Source: Phycisphaerae bacterium (lineage in GTDB: Bacteria; Planctomycetota; Phycisphaerae; UBA1845; Fen-1342). From it: 64,000 nt of DNA. Location of the stretch: assembly GCA_963675745.2 (NCBI GenBank), contig CAXXWX010000003.1, positions 96,001-160,000 of the forward strand, written 5' to 3'. This document shows positions 37,652 through 48,395 of the stretch, piece by piece. Under the pieces are notes generated by a model, which was not told the origin of the DNA, did not search any database, and saw only the letters and a program-made list of their open reading frames with translations. Position 1 is the stretch's first letter. Every line of letters begins with the position of its first letter. The translations under genes were made by a program, and so were the position numbers.

Positions 37652-39484
37652 TCAATCGGTCTCGGCCTCGGCGTCAGACTCTGCTGTGTCATTGTCGTCC
37701 ACGGGCGGCGGCACGACAAGCTCATGATAAGCCGGCTCACGCCTGAGGGGCGGGGCTTCACGGTCGTCCGACCGGTTTGTGGGAGGCTTGGCGGACCCGG
37801 CGTCAGTCCCCGGTTCCGATGCGGCGTTGCCGGCTTGACGGATCAACTGCGGGTAGCGGCTGATGACGGATGTCGGGTCGGCCTCCGCCGCGGCGCGCTC
37901 CAGGTTCTCAAGGCCGTGGTCGGCATTACCGCCAAAATACTCCAGATAGCCCAGCAGGAAGCGCAGGCGCATGTCCTCCCGGTCCTCGAGTCGGCGCATG
38001 ATGTCGGCCCGCCTGATATCGATGATCTCACCGCCGCCCATAAGCGCCACCAGGTCGATACGAAAGCGAGCGATCTCGGGATGCGTTTCCAACGCGCGGA
38101 CCAGCAACAGCGCCGCCGACTCGTAATCACCCGCGCCGAGCAACGCATGCGCCTTGCCCATGAGTGGCAGCGGATTGTGTGGCGCCAGTTGTCGCGCTAT
38201 CTCGTAGCGGGACGCGGCTTCGTAGTAGTGCCCGACTTCCAGCAGGGCCGCGGCCTCCAGCAGCTCATCATTGAGCATCGACTCGCCCTGGCCGACAAAG
38301 CTGGCGAGCGGCTGGGTGAGGCGTTGTGTAGCGAACTCACTCGCGTCGGTCGGCACGTCGCCGCCCGCGCGCTGCCGCAACTCGGGGTCGTCCGTCAACG
38401 CCGCTTGCATCTCCTCAAACCAGACCGAGTCCGGCTCCTGGATTAGCGTCAGTGCCATCTGCATATCGTTGTACACGTCGGCGCCCGGGAGCATGCTCGC
38501 GTCCGAGATGCGCTGGTGTTCCAGCAGAGCGGACGGCTGCTCGGAAGGCACATCGGGCTCCGGTTCGCGCGAAAGGCTGGCGAGGGTCTCGGTCAAGCCG
38601 TCCGGCAGCCCATCCTCGCCCACGCGGTCCCCCAGGCGCGGGTCATCCAGAAAGTCACCCATTCGACGCTCGCCGAGAAGCAGGTCAATCGGCCCCCCCA
38701 CCGCGCTTCCAGGATCATCCAGCCTGTCGCGTGACGTCAGGTACATGTCATCCGGGCGCGGCGGCAACCCTCCGGGCTGGAAGAGCCGGTCGGCGTTCTG
38801 ACGCCCGCTGCGCAGTGAGGTCGGATCATCGATGATGGCTTGTGGGATCGCGGGCAGACTGAATATGGAACTGGTGATGGTCGAGCGCGGTGCGAGCGGC
38901 TCCACGGTCAGTCGGCGATCAGGCATCGTCGGGTCGGGAAACCGCTGATCGATCCGTGGGTCCAAGGGAGAGACGTCCGCCGAGGTCATTGGCGTGGTCC
39001 TGGTGCGCGGGCGCATCTCGATACGCGTGGCCGCGTAGGGCGTCACCTGGCCGCGCAGGTAGCCGGCGGTGGCCGCGGTTTGAGCGGGATCGTAGTACGG
39101 AGTTGCCAGGCCGCCCCATGTTTGCGGCGTTTGGCGGTATAAGCTCACATCCCCCACGCTGACCGAGTCGCGCCGAAACGATGAAAGCGTCGAACTGCCC
39201 AGGCGCCCACGAAACGCCGTCGGGTCGGAAATCGGCGAATAGCTTCGCAGCGACTGGCCGAATCTGGCGTTGCCGGTCGCGTATGGGTTCCCACCCATCA
39301 GCGGCGACACGGGACGAGTGTAGTTCCGCCCACCCGATCCGATTTGGGGGTTTGCGTCGAACAGGCGTCCGTCCTGCTGAATCTGGTACTGGCCGGCAGC
39401 CGAGTCGGCCAGCAGGGTCAGCGATGCAATCGCCAACCAGCACGTGCCGCTCGTGCGTAATCTCGCGTATCGAACGCCGTTCAT
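37652..39484 (-). CDS. Secreted TPR-domain protein
   Basis: Signal peptide, DGRLFDANPQIGSGG.N motif, Pro/Arg/Asp low-complexity middle, C-terminal TPRs (GHYYEAASRYEIARQLAPHNPLPLMGKAHALLGAGDY; FLLGYL). Confidence 0.75.
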   Translation of the reverse strand: MNGVRYARLRTSGTCWLAIASLTLLADSAAGQYQIQQDGRLFDANPQIGSGGRNYTRPVSPLMGGNPYATGNARFGQSLRSYSPISDPTAFRGRLGSSTLSSFRRDSVSVGDVSLYRQTPQTWGGLATPYYDPAQTAATAGYLRGQVTPYAATRIEMRPRTRTTPMTSADVSPLDPRIDQRFPDPTMPDRRLTVEPLAPRSTITSSIFSLPAIPQAIIDDPTSLRSGRQNADRLFQPGGLPPRPDDMYLTSRDRLDDPGSAVGGPIDLLLGERRMGDFLDDPRLGDRVGEDGLPDGLTETLASLSREPEPDVPSEQPSALLEHQRISDASMLPGADVYNDMQMALTLIQEPDSVWFEEMQAALTDDPELRQRAGGDVPTDASEFATQRLTQPLASFVGQGESMLNDELLEAAALLEVGHYYEAASRYEIARQLAPHNPLPLMGKAHALLGAGDYESAALLLVRALETHPEIARFRIDLVALMGGGEIIDIRRADIMRRLEDREDMRLRFLLGYLEYFGGNADHGLENLERAAAEADPTSVISRYPQLIRQAGNAASEPGTDAGSAKPPTNRSDDREAPPLRREPAYHELVVPPPVDDNDTAESDAEAETD

Positions 39485-39561
39485 CTCACACCTCACTGCG
39501 CTGCGCGCGCAGAGTGTCAATTGTGCCGCTACGGCGGATCGGACAGCGGCCTGGTCCTTGT

Positions 39562-40293
39562 TCACACAATCTGCCGACCACCATCGACCGGCAAGATCGC
39601 GCCGGTGATGTAATCGCCCGCGGTCAGCAGGAACTGCACAGCCGCCGCGATGTCCTCGGGTTTTCCGGCCCGGCCGAGCGGAATACGCCGGGTCAGGCGT
39701 TCCCGCGTTTCGTCATCATACGCGGTGGGCCAGGCGGCAACGCCGGGCGCAACTCCAACCACTCTCACGTTGGGTGCCAGGCCGCGGGCCAGCGCTTTGG
39801 TCAGCGTGTCAAGCGCGCCCTTTGACACGATGTACGCGAGGTGGTCGGGCCACGGATGGGTGGTGGCCGCATCAGTGATGTTTACGACGCAGCCGCCCGA
39901 CTGCTCGAGCGCTTCGCGTGCCGCGACGGCCAGGACCATCGGCGCCGTCAGATTGACGCGTAATGTCTGATCCCACGCGTGCAGGTTAAAATCCGTGATA
40001 CTCATCGGTGCGAAAGCGGAGGCGTTGTTGACCAGGGCGTCAAGCCGTCCGAAACGCGCCAGGACGTCCCGCACCAGCCGCACCGGGGCCTCGCGATCAG
40101 CCAAATCAGCCTGGAACGCCTCGGCATCCACTCCCTCCCGCCGACATGCCGAAACGACGTCGGCGGCCTCGTCGGCTGACGTGTTGTAATGCACCGCCGT
40201 CTTACACCTGGCCGCTGCCAGTTGCAGCGCAATGGCCCGCCCGACCCGCCGCGCGGCCCCGGTCACCAGTGCGACTTTGCCGGCGAGTTTCAT
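39562..40293 (-). CDS. SDR oxidoreductase, pteridine reductase/FolM-like
   Basis: TGAARRVG, VHYNTS, LVNNAS, NITD, YIVSK, VDGG. Confidence 0.85.
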   Translation of the reverse strand: MKLAGKVALVTGAARRVGRAIALQLAAARCKTAVHYNTSADEAADVVSACRREGVDAEAFQADLADREAPVRLVRDVLARFGRLDALVNNASAFAPMSITDFNLHAWDQTLRVNLTAPMVLAVAAREALEQSGGCVVNITDAATTHPWPDHLAYIVSKGALDTLTKALARGLAPNVRVVGVAPGVAAWPTAYDDETRERLTRRIPLGRAGKPEDIAAAVQFLLTAGDYITGAILPVDGGRQIV

Positions 40294-41057
40294 TCACGAC
40301 TCTCCACAAGCGGGTCGTAGCGCACCCACTCCAGACAGAGACCCTCCGCTGGAGCGGTGCCGGCGGCGGCCGATCGGTCGCGGGCCGCCAGAATCTCCGG
40401 CACGCGCTCGGGCGACCAGTGTCCACGGCCGACCTCGATCAACGTGCCGACCATGTTCCGTACCTGATTGTACAAGAAACCGTCGCCCAGCACGTCGATT
40501 AGGATCTCGTTGTATACGCGACGCACACCTATGTGGCGAACCGTGCGCACGTTGCTGGCGCGCGGGCTGCCCTGGCTGGCAAATGACGTGAAATCATGTG
40601 TGCCAACCAGCCCCCGCGCTGCGGCACGCAAACGGTCCAAATCCAGCGGGTGCCAGACGTGCCAGGCGTAGCGCGATGTCTGGGCGTCACGCGGACAATC
40701 CGGCGTGTTGTGTACTCTGTACCGATACAGCTTTTCCCGCGCGCCGCGGATCACGTCGAAATCTTCTGGGACCACACGCACACTCATGAGCACAATGTCG
40801 TCGGGCAGCCGGTGATTCATCGCCCGGCGGAGGTTCTCCAGCGGAATCGGCCCAGCGTAGGTTACTTCCGCCGCCTGACCGCGCGCGTGGACACCGGCGT
40901 CGGTGCGGCTGGCGCCCAGAAAACTGCATGGTTGCCCCAGTACGCGCTGGGCCACACGCTCGATCTCCTCCTGCACCGTGCGCACATTGGCCTGGCGCTG
41001 CCACCCGTGGAAGGCGGTGCCGTCATACGCGATCGAGAACTTGAGCTTTCGCCGCAT
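40290..41057 (-). CDS. truA: tRNA pseudouridine(38-40) synthase
   Basis: IAYDGT.FHGWQ.Q..TVQ, GASRTDAGVHA.GQ, GTHDFTSF, GFLYNQVRNMVG, TAPAEGL. Confidence 0.96.
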   Translation of the reverse strand: MRRKLKFSIAYDGTAFHGWQRQANVRTVQEEIERVAQRVLGQPCSFLGASRTDAGVHARGQAAEVTYAGPIPLENLRRAMNHRLPDDIVLMSVRVVPEDFDVIRGAREKLYRYRVHNTPDCPRDAQTSRYAWHVWHPLDLDRLRAAARGLVGTHDFTSFASQGSPRASNVRTVRHIGVRRVYNEILIDVLGDGFLYNQVRNMVGTLIEVGRGHWSPERVPEILAARDRSAAAGTAPAEGLCLEWVRYDPLVESRE

Positions 41058-41279
41058 ACTCTGTGGCCTCAACGAGTGCAGGTGAGTCGTGCCCTAATGC
41101 CAGCCGGGTTTCCGATTCCGACGTCCTCCGCATCTGCCTGGCGGGAACGCTCGACGTGATGGCGGATCTAACCGGCGCCAGAAGCACAGACCACACGGTC
41201 ATACATAGCTCAATGCAAAACGCACGGCCAATCGCTGGCGATCGACCGTGCGCTGCCGCGTAGCGTTATGCCGCACGGG

Positions 41280-43616
41280 CTATTTGTCCGTGTCGTCGCC
41301 GGCCCCGTCGTCGGCCCCGTCATCGGCAAAGGGGTCATCGTCGGACTCGGGCGTCTCGCCTTTGATCGCCTCCGGTGCTGCTCCAGGTAATTCGGGCGGC
41401 ACAGTCTCATCACTGACGTAGTCGTAAAACTCGCGATACTGGCGGCGGAAGTACCCGCCGGCCCGCGTTTCAATGCCGTTTAGCACGCCGCCCAGCACAT
41501 GCGCGCCGATCCGGTTGAGCTGATCGGTGGCACGGCGCAACTGCCCCTTGGAGTTCGTCGCGGCGCGGCTGACAACGATCACACCCGCCACCTGCGCCGC
41601 CAACACTAGCGCGTCACTCATCAGCAGGACCGGCGGACCATCCAGCACCACGCGGTCGTACTTCTCTGTGGCCTCGTCTATGAAGGTGCGCATGGCCGGC
41701 ACACTCAGCAATTCAGCCGGCGTTGGTGGCAACGGTCCGGATGTCATCACATCCAGGTTGGGGATCTCGGTATTAGTCACCAGTTGATCAAACGTGCTTT
41801 GTCCAACCAGCAGGTTGCTCAGCCCCTCGGCGCGCGCGTCGGCGAATGCCGTGTGTACGAAAGGACGCCGGAGATTGCAGTCAACCAGCAAGACGCGTTG
41901 TCCGCTCTGAGCCAGGACAACTGCGAGGTTCAGCGCGACCACCGATTTCCCGCAGCCGGCGCCGGGGCTGGTGATCAGCAGCGATCGCTGTGACTCCGGC
42001 GGGCCGCTGAACATCAGGTTTGTGCGGACCTGTCTAAACGACTCGGAGATGAGCGACTGCGGCGCCGTGCGCGTGGCCGTCTCAATCTCGTCGATGTCAG
42101 CTTCCTCGTCGTCCAACTCGGGAATGCTGCCCAGCACGGAGATGCGCCCACTACGCGCCACGTCGATCGGCGTGCGTACGGCCTGGTCCGCGAACTCGCG
42201 TAGAAACGCCAGGCCCCCACCGAGCAACAACGAGAGCACGAATCCGCCGCCCAGAAACAGGTACAGGTTCGGAAAAGTCGGCCGCGGCGGGACTTCCGCG
42301 CGCTGTCGGATCACCAGCCGCCGCATCGTCGTAGGATCGTTCGATGCGTGCGTGCCTTCGGCAATCTGGTCCTCGAACGTAGCCAACTGCTGTTCGAGGC
42401 GATCACGGTCCGCGACCATGCTTTCAAACAACTGGATGTTGGTGTCCAGATCCGCCTGCTGGGCCTGCACTTCGGACAGCTCTTCCATCAGGCGCGCCTG
42501 CATATTGCGGATGCGGGCCAGGCTCTGTTGGAGATTCTCAACCTGCTGCTCGCGCAGTTGATCGTAAAGCTCCTCGCGCCGCGCGGCCAACATCTGCCGA
42601 TATTCGCCAATCCGGGCCTTGAGCAGCTTGATCTGGCGGTGTTCCGGGCCGAACATCCCCGCGTTGAGCAGTGCGGCAACCTCGATCTCGATTGCCTCAA
42701 CCTGTTCGCGGCGGAAACGCACAATCGGGTCCGCATCCACCTGGAGTTGCATCTCCGGCGTCACCGGCAACTCGTACGACGGAATCCCCTCAATCGCGCG
42801 GAGCTGGGTTTCGAAATCAACCGCCTGGGTTTCGAGCAGCGTTATTTCCTGGCCCAGATCACCCATCCGGCGGGCCGACACGTCGCGTTGCGTCTCCAGC
42901 ACACCCACGTCAGCCCGGCTGCGAAACGCAGATATGTCGCGGCGGGTCTGATCGAGTTCGGTCTCTAGATCGCCGGCCGTTTTGCGCAAGCGGGCCAGTT
43001 TGCCGGTGACCTTGTCCTGCTCAGCCGACTCTGATTGCTTGACGTACTGGTCCAGAATCGAGTCGACAATACGGCGGGATTCCTTTGGCACCCGCGACGA
43101 AAACAAGACGCGAATCAGTGTTGTATCGCGAACGGCCCCCGCGCTGACGTCGTCGTAGAGATCATAGAGGCAGCGTTGGAAATCTCCGTGGTAACTCTTG
43201 TAGTACGACGTCTCCTTGATCTCAGGCAGGGCCAGCACTTCCTGGAGCAGCCACAGAGACTTGAGCTTGCGTGCCTCGCTCTGCAATTGGAGCTCAAGCC
43301 GCTTCGGATCAGCCAGGCCGACAAACACCTTCGTGGGATCATCCGGCGGCGGCGTGAACTCGAGCACGGCTTCGGCCCGGTACCCGGGGAAGTACTTGTA
43401 CGTAATCCCCGTGGCGATAACCACGGCCGCGTACAAGACCAGCGTGGTGATGATGATGATGAGCTTGCGCTGCTTGAGAATGCGCAGAACATCACCCATC
43501 TCCATCCCACCAGCTTCGGCGGGACCATCACCGGGCTGAGCCGGCGCCCCCATGCCGCTTAAGGCGCCGGGCGCCGCATGGACCGGCAACATCTGGTTTC
43601 CAGTAGCACTACTCAT
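41280..43616 (-). CDS. wzc: Wzc-like polysaccharide co-polymerase / BY-kinase
   Basis: Two TMs flanking a coiled-coil periplasmic domain. ESFRQVRTNL, Walker A SPGAGCGKS, LLVDCNLRRP, LDGPP, C-terminal Tyr cluster (YFRRQYREFYDY). Confidence 0.9.
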   Translation of the reverse strand: MSSATGNQMLPVHAAPGALSGMGAPAQPGDGPAEAGGMEMGDVLRILKQRKLIIIITTLVLYAAVVIATGITYKYFPGYRAEAVLEFTPPPDDPTKVFVGLADPKRLELQLQSEARKLKSLWLLQEVLALPEIKETSYYKSYHGDFQRCLYDLYDDVSAGAVRDTTLIRVLFSSRVPKESRRIVDSILDQYVKQSESAEQDKVTGKLARLRKTAGDLETELDQTRRDISAFRSRADVGVLETQRDVSARRMGDLGQEITLLETQAVDFETQLRAIEGIPSYELPVTPEMQLQVDADPIVRFRREQVEAIEIEVAALLNAGMFGPEHRQIKLLKARIGEYRQMLAARREELYDQLREQQVENLQQSLARIRNMQARLMEELSEVQAQQADLDTNIQLFESMVADRDRLEQQLATFEDQIAEGTHASNDPTTMRRLVIRQRAEVPPRPTFPNLYLFLGGGFVLSLLLGGGLAFLREFADQAVRTPIDVARSGRISVLGSIPELDDEEADIDEIETATRTAPQSLISESFRQVRTNLMFSGPPESQRSLLITSPGAGCGKSVVALNLAVVLAQSGQRVLLVDCNLRRPFVHTAFADARAEGLSNLLVGQSTFDQLVTNTEIPNLDVMTSGPLPPTPAELLSVPAMRTFIDEATEKYDRVVLDGPPVLLMSDALVLAAQVAGVIVVSRAATNSKGQLRRATDQLNRIGAHVLGGVLNGIETRAGGYFRRQYREFYDYVSDETVPPELPGAAPEAIKGETPESDDDPFADDGADDGAGDDTDK

Positions 43617-43682
43617 TAGACACCTCGTCCGATCGCAGCCTGCTGCCGGCCAAGCCAGGCGGGTGAGCGCCCGCGAGATCCA

Positions 43683-46600
43683 TCACATCCCATCGAGCAG
43701 CTCTTGCGCCCGTTCAGCCTCTTCAGTTCGCCCGGCTGCGCGGGCAATCTCCAGCGCCCGTTCAGCAAGGCGCCGCGCATCCACCGTCTTGTTCTCTTTC
43801 AGCATCAGCTCGCACATGTGCAGGTGCGCGTCCAGGTTTTCCTCCTCAAGCAACAGAGCACGGTTGAAGGCGTTGCGTGCCTCAGCGAATTTGCCACAGG
43901 CCGTGTAGACAACGCCGATCGTATCCCAGGTATTGGCGTTCTCGTCGCGCAAGAGGCGCAGGCGCTCGACATATGTCAGCGCCGCCTGCGCGTCGCCGCG
44001 CTGACTCAGCCAGAACGCCAGGTTGTTCAGTGCGGTCAGGTTGTTGGCGTCAATGGCCAGGACCTGCTCGTAGAGCGCGCGGACTTCATCGTCGAAACCG
44101 CCCTTGAGTGTCGACACCGCCTGGGCCTCGATCAGCAGCAGCAGGCTCCGCTCCAGAGACTTCTCGGGGGTCGCCGGTTTGGCGACCGCCAGCACGTCCA
44201 GGCTCTCCTCCGGCCGCTCCGTGCGTACAAGCAACTCAGCCTGCACGGTGCGCAAACGTGTCTGCACCACGACATCGCCTACGCCCTGGTCAATGAGTTT
44301 CTGGCACAAATCGATGATCTCATCAAAGGAATAGAACTGTGCCGTCTGACGCCAGATGCGCGCAAGCATGTCCATTCCCAACTGGCTCGCGTTGGCAAGT
44401 GCCTCGCGCGCCTTCCGCTCCGCATCTTCCATCCGGCCCAGACGGTAATAGGCATGAGCCGTCACGACACGGATCAGTGGAGTTTGCTTTTCGGGCGGCA
44501 TCTGATCGGCCGCGTCCACCACCTCCTGGGCTCGCTCGGCAAACAGCAATCCACGCATCCAGTCAGCAACAATCGCCTGGTTTTCCCACTTCGTCAGCTC
44601 CACCGCCTGCCGCAGTGGGCTCTGAGCGCCGGCGTAGTTATGGGCCTCAAGGCGCAGCAGACCAAGCTGATATGGCCAGAACGCATCGTCAGGCTGTTTG
44701 GCCGCATAGCGGCTGATCATCTCTTCGGCCTGGTCAACGCGGTTACCGCGCCGGTACAGCTTTACGAGATCGGTGGCCACCCGCTGCCGAATCTCCGAGG
44801 GCGTCAACTCATCGTCGAGGATCTCGAGATACTCGTTCTCGGCCAGCCTCGCGCGTTCGGTCATGATGTAGAGCTGGGCCAGTTTCAAGCGGTGCTGCAT
44901 GTTGAAGTCGTGCGGAGCCACACGCTTGGCGGTGGTCAGATCCTCTTCGGCCTCGCGCATGTAGCGCAGGTCCACATTGATGCTCCCACGCGTGAACAGG
45001 CACCACGCCTGTTCTGGTTGCAGCACGAGCGCCGCAGTCAGAGTCTGGCGGGCCTCATCGAGCTGGCCGGAGAGCAGTTGCTGACGCGCGCGGGCGGCCA
45101 GCCCGAGATAGTCATCGGGAAAGTCGCTGATATAGGCGTCAATCTCGCGGCTGGCTTCCGGGATATCCAGTGTGCCGATCAGCGTATCGATGATGCGCAT
45201 GCGCAACATGCGTTGCTTCTGCGTGTCATCCGGGTCCAAACGCCCCAACGCCCCGCGGCATATCTCGATCACATCATCCGGCCGCTTTGCGCGTGCCAGG
45301 TAGTCAACGTATACCGTGTCCGCTTCGAGCCGCATCTCTCTGCGAACCGCCTCGTCAGCAATCTCCGATGCGCGCACCGGGGCCTGCGCGTACGCTGCCG
45401 ACGCCAGGTCCGGCTCACCCAGACGCTCATAGAACGCCCCGAGCAGCAGTTGTACGCGCACACGATCGGCTGCGCCGCAGCGCTCGCCGTACGCGTTCAA
45501 AACGCGCTCGCCCGTTTCACGATCGCCGCGCCCCGCGTAGAAACGTGCCACGGCCCGATACAACCGGCGCACCTGGGCGGCGGTCGCGGCATCCGTGAGG
45601 TCGGCCGTGTCCGCGAGTTTGACGGCCGCCAACAGCGTGGTCTCGGCGCGATTGGGGTCGTTCACCTGTGGTGTGGCGTACAGCATCCCCAGGCGAATCA
45701 GGTTCTCCAGATTGTTGGGGTCTTGCTCGCGAATCCGTTCGCGGCCGGACACGGCGCGCACCGGGTCGAGCCTCTCGGCCTCGAGCTCAATCTTCTGGCG
45801 CAACGTGGGATCACTACGGTTCAGTCGATAGGCGCGCAGCAACAATGTGCGCCGCTCCTCCTCGTCCTCGAATCCGGCCTGCTCCTTGATCAGGAACAGG
45901 ATTCGATTGGCCAGCGGGTGATCGTGTTTCATCGCAACCGCTTGCTCAGCCGCCGCCAACGCCTCGGTCGTACGCGGCGGGTGGCAAAGCAGGAACGCCT
46001 GCGCCAAAAGCGTCTCGATTTGGGCGTCCGGCGGAAGGCCACGTTCGGCCGTGCGCAGCTCGGTCACGGCTTTCTCACCATCGCGCTGAGCCAGTGCCAG
46101 CGCGCCACGGAACCGCGCGCCGTTTACGCGGTCGACGTTCAGTTCAGCCAGTCGCCCGGCATACTCTTCCGCGCGCGCGTAATCACTCACGTCTATTGCC
46201 AGGTAGAACTGCTGTTGCAATACGTGCTCGAATCTGCGCCGCACCTCCGGCCCACCCTGCGATAGATCCGCCTCGAGCTCATCAAGGACACGCCTGGCCG
46301 GTTCCAGGTTCCTTCGCGTGTAGTGAAAGTTGAACAGATCAGAAAGCCGCTCAACCTTGTCAGGGTTCTCCATGATAATGGCAATGATCTTCTCATCACG
46401 CGCTGCCGGATCAGTCTCATCCGCCAGCACGATGAACGTATCGAGTTGACGCCGCACATGCTCATCGGTCACGCGCTTCTGTAGCTCACCGACATATTCG
46501 ATGAACTCGGCGCGTCGTTCGGCTCTTGCCATCACCTGGAAGAGCAGTTGCAGAACGCGCACTTCCTCAGGACGTTGCTCAAGCGTCTGGCGGAGCGTGT

Positions 46601-48389
46601 TCTCGGCCGTCGCGTAGTCATTGTCGGCCATCGCCAATTCGGCGCGCATCATCGAAGTTCGCAGGTCATCGCCGTCGGTGGACTCGAGAAGTTCGGTTGC
46701 TTCGGATTGCCTGCCCAGCGCGGACAGCGCCGCGGCCTTCAACTGAAGCAATCGTTCGTTATCGGGGGCATCCCGCAACAGAGCCTCGATCTGGTCCAAC
46801 GCCGGAGCCGCCTCGCCACGGCCAATCTGGTTCGCCAGTTTCAGGCCGATCAACTCGACTGGAGGTGGCTGGTTCAACTGGCTATACGCGCCGAGAGCTT
46901 TTTCCGCGTATCTCTCAGCCTCGCCGGCCTGCCCCTTGCGCTGGTACAGAACCGCCAGGCGCTGGGTTGCCTCAGCATACATGCCCAGCATTCGGCGGTC
47001 CGGTTGGTTGCCGGTGCGCGTCTCGATCTTCATAAAGGAGTCGATGGCCTCGTCTTCATTCTCCGTTGCGGCCGCGTAGAGCCCGCGCATCAGCAGCGTG
47101 GTGGCGAGCTCTCCGTATTTAACTTCCGAGGCGTCCAGGAAATAGCGCGCATCATCGAGCGCCTTCTGCTTTTCGTCCGCGTCGGCCGCCAGGAGGCTTA
47201 GCGCCATCGCGCGATCAAACCCGCGAAACAACGTCTCCGCTCGCGCAGGCGCTCCGAGCATGGCGCGCAGCGAAACCAGCGTACTGGTCTCGTCGACGGC
47301 GCGTCTGTACACCGCTATCTGACGCTCCAGGATGTCGCGCTGGACGGCTTCGGGATCGGTGTCCGGGTCACCGCGCAGCGCGATGGCCCGAGCCAGCTCG
47401 CCGTATGCGCGAAATGTGGCGGGCTCGAATTTCAAGCTCTCCGCCAGATGCTGTTCGGCGCTGTCGATGATCGATGCGCGCTCTTCGGCGGTCAGCGCAT
47501 CGCCTTCATCATCCACCTGTTGCAGAAGAATGCTGCCATACATCAGGTGCAGTTCGGCGTCTTCGGGCGACTGCTCGATAGCGGTGGCCAGCACCTCGCG
47601 CGCGCGCGGCGCTCGTGTGTGTTCGGCATCGGCGCCGAGCAATAGGCCGGCATAGCGTGTTACAAGCCGTGTGTCGGTTGGATTCTCGGCCACGCCGCTG
47701 TCGAGCATGGCCAGGACATCTTCGAGCGCTGCCGCCGCGGTCTCACGCCGGAGGGCGTCGTCGCGTGCCAACCTGTCCGTGGTAACACCGGCCCGCTCGG
47801 CCAGCGCGTCGCGCGACAGCAGGCGGTCAACCTTGGCGAGCAACAGCCGCGGATTCGCGGCATCGATTGCCTCGGCGGCGGCGATATCCTGTTCCACGGT
47901 TTCCGGATCTTCGCCGAGTTCGAGCAACGCCTGCGCGCGCGACAACGGGCCCAGCGGGTTGTTGGCGTCCAATTCGATCAGCTTTTCAGCGCTGTCCCTC
48001 ATTCTGACCGGATCGCGTCGTCCGAAATCGTGCAAGGTCCACAAGTGACCCAGCATCGCTTCGAGAACCGCCTTGTCTTGCGGCGCGTCGGCGTTGGCCC
48101 GCTCAAGCCCCCCCAGCGCTGTCCAATAGTCGCCGGCCTCAAACAGCACGCGGCTCGACTCAATCACGTACTTGTTCTCGTGCGCGACCTGAAACGCGCG
48201 CCGGTATTCGCGCACGGCGCGTTCGACGTCACCGGCGGCCTCGAGTTGGCGCGCCTTGGCCGCATAGACCTCGGGGTCACGGTTCGTGTTGGCGATCGTA
48301 ACGATCAGCACAACGGCGACGGTGAGGACCATCCCCATGATTGTCAGAAACGCTACTAGATTCGTGTTCAGTCGTTTTGCTGCTGCCAT
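43683..48389 (-). CDS. Large N-terminally anchored TPR protein (PrsT-like context)
   Basis: N-terminal TM, then many TPRs, ending in ALNNLAFWL...TWDTIGVVY. Confidence 0.85.
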   Translation of the reverse strand: MAAAKRLNTNLVAFLTIMGMVLTVAVVLIVTIANTNRDPEVYAAKARQLEAAGDVERAVREYRRAFQVAHENKYVIESSRVLFEAGDYWTALGGLERANADAPQDKAVLEAMLGHLWTLHDFGRRDPVRMRDSAEKLIELDANNPLGPLSRAQALLELGEDPETVEQDIAAAEAIDAANPRLLLAKVDRLLSRDALAERAGVTTDRLARDDALRRETAAAALEDVLAMLDSGVAENPTDTRLVTRYAGLLLGADAEHTRAPRAREVLATAIEQSPEDAELHLMYGSILLQQVDDEGDALTAEERASIIDSAEQHLAESLKFEPATFRAYGELARAIALRGDPDTDPEAVQRDILERQIAVYRRAVDETSTLVSLRAMLGAPARAETLFRGFDRAMALSLLAADADEKQKALDDARYFLDASEVKYGELATTLLMRGLYAAATENEDEAIDSFMKIETRTGNQPDRRMLGMYAEATQRLAVLYQRKGQAGEAERYAEKALGAYSQLNQPPPVELIGLKLANQIGRGEAAPALDQIEALLRDAPDNERLLQLKAAALSALGRQSEATELLESTDGDDLRTSMMRAELAMADNDYATAENTLRQTLEQRPEEVRVLQLLFQVMARAERRAEFIEYVGELQKRVTDEHVRRQLDTFIVLADETDPAARDEKIIAIIMENPDKVERLSDLFNFHYTRRNLEPARRVLDELEADLSQGGPEVRRRFEHVLQQQFYLAIDVSDYARAEEYAGRLAELNVDRVNGARFRGALALAQRDGEKAVTELRTAERGLPPDAQIETLLAQAFLLCHPPRTTEALAAAEQAVAMKHDHPLANRILFLIKEQAGFEDEEERRTLLLRAYRLNRSDPTLRQKIELEAERLDPVRAVSGRERIREQDPNNLENLIRLGMLYATPQVNDPNRAETTLLAAVKLADTADLTDAATAAQVRRLYRAVARFYAGRGDRETGERVLNAYGERCGAADRVRVQLLLGAFYERLGEPDLASAAYAQAPVRASEIADEAVRREMRLEADTVYVDYLARAKRPDDVIEICRGALGRLDPDDTQKQRMLRMRIIDTLIGTLDIPEASREIDAYISDFPDDYLGLAARARQQLLSGQLDEARQTLTAALVLQPEQAWCLFTRGSINVDLRYMREAEEDLTTAKRVAPHDFNMQHRLKLAQLYIMTERARLAENEYLEILDDELTPSEIRQRVATDLVKLYRRGNRVDQAEEMISRYAAKQPDDAFWPYQLGLLRLEAHNYAGAQSPLRQAVELTKWENQAIVADWMRGLLFAERAQEVVDAADQMPPEKQTPLIRVVTAHAYYRLGRMEDAERKAREALANASQLGMDMLARIWRQTAQFYSFDEIIDLCQKLIDQGVGDVVVQTRLRTVQAELLVRTERPEESLDVLAVAKPATPEKSLERSLLLLIEAQAVSTLKGGFDDEVRALYEQVLAIDANNLTALNNLAFWLSQRGDAQAALTYVERLRLLRDENANTWDTIGVVYTACGKFAEARNAFNRALLLEEENLDAHLHMCELMLKENKTVDARRLAERALEIARAAGRTEEAERAQELLDGM

Positions 48390-48395
48390 GATCCG

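Noticed and set aside
43704..46265. 853-aa plus-strand ORF and other long antisense ORFs (e.g. 18405..19670, 11520..12695, 7918..8949, 33684..34769)
   Set aside because: They shadow well-supported genes on the opposite strand, have no recognisable motifs, and are expected in GC-rich DNA.
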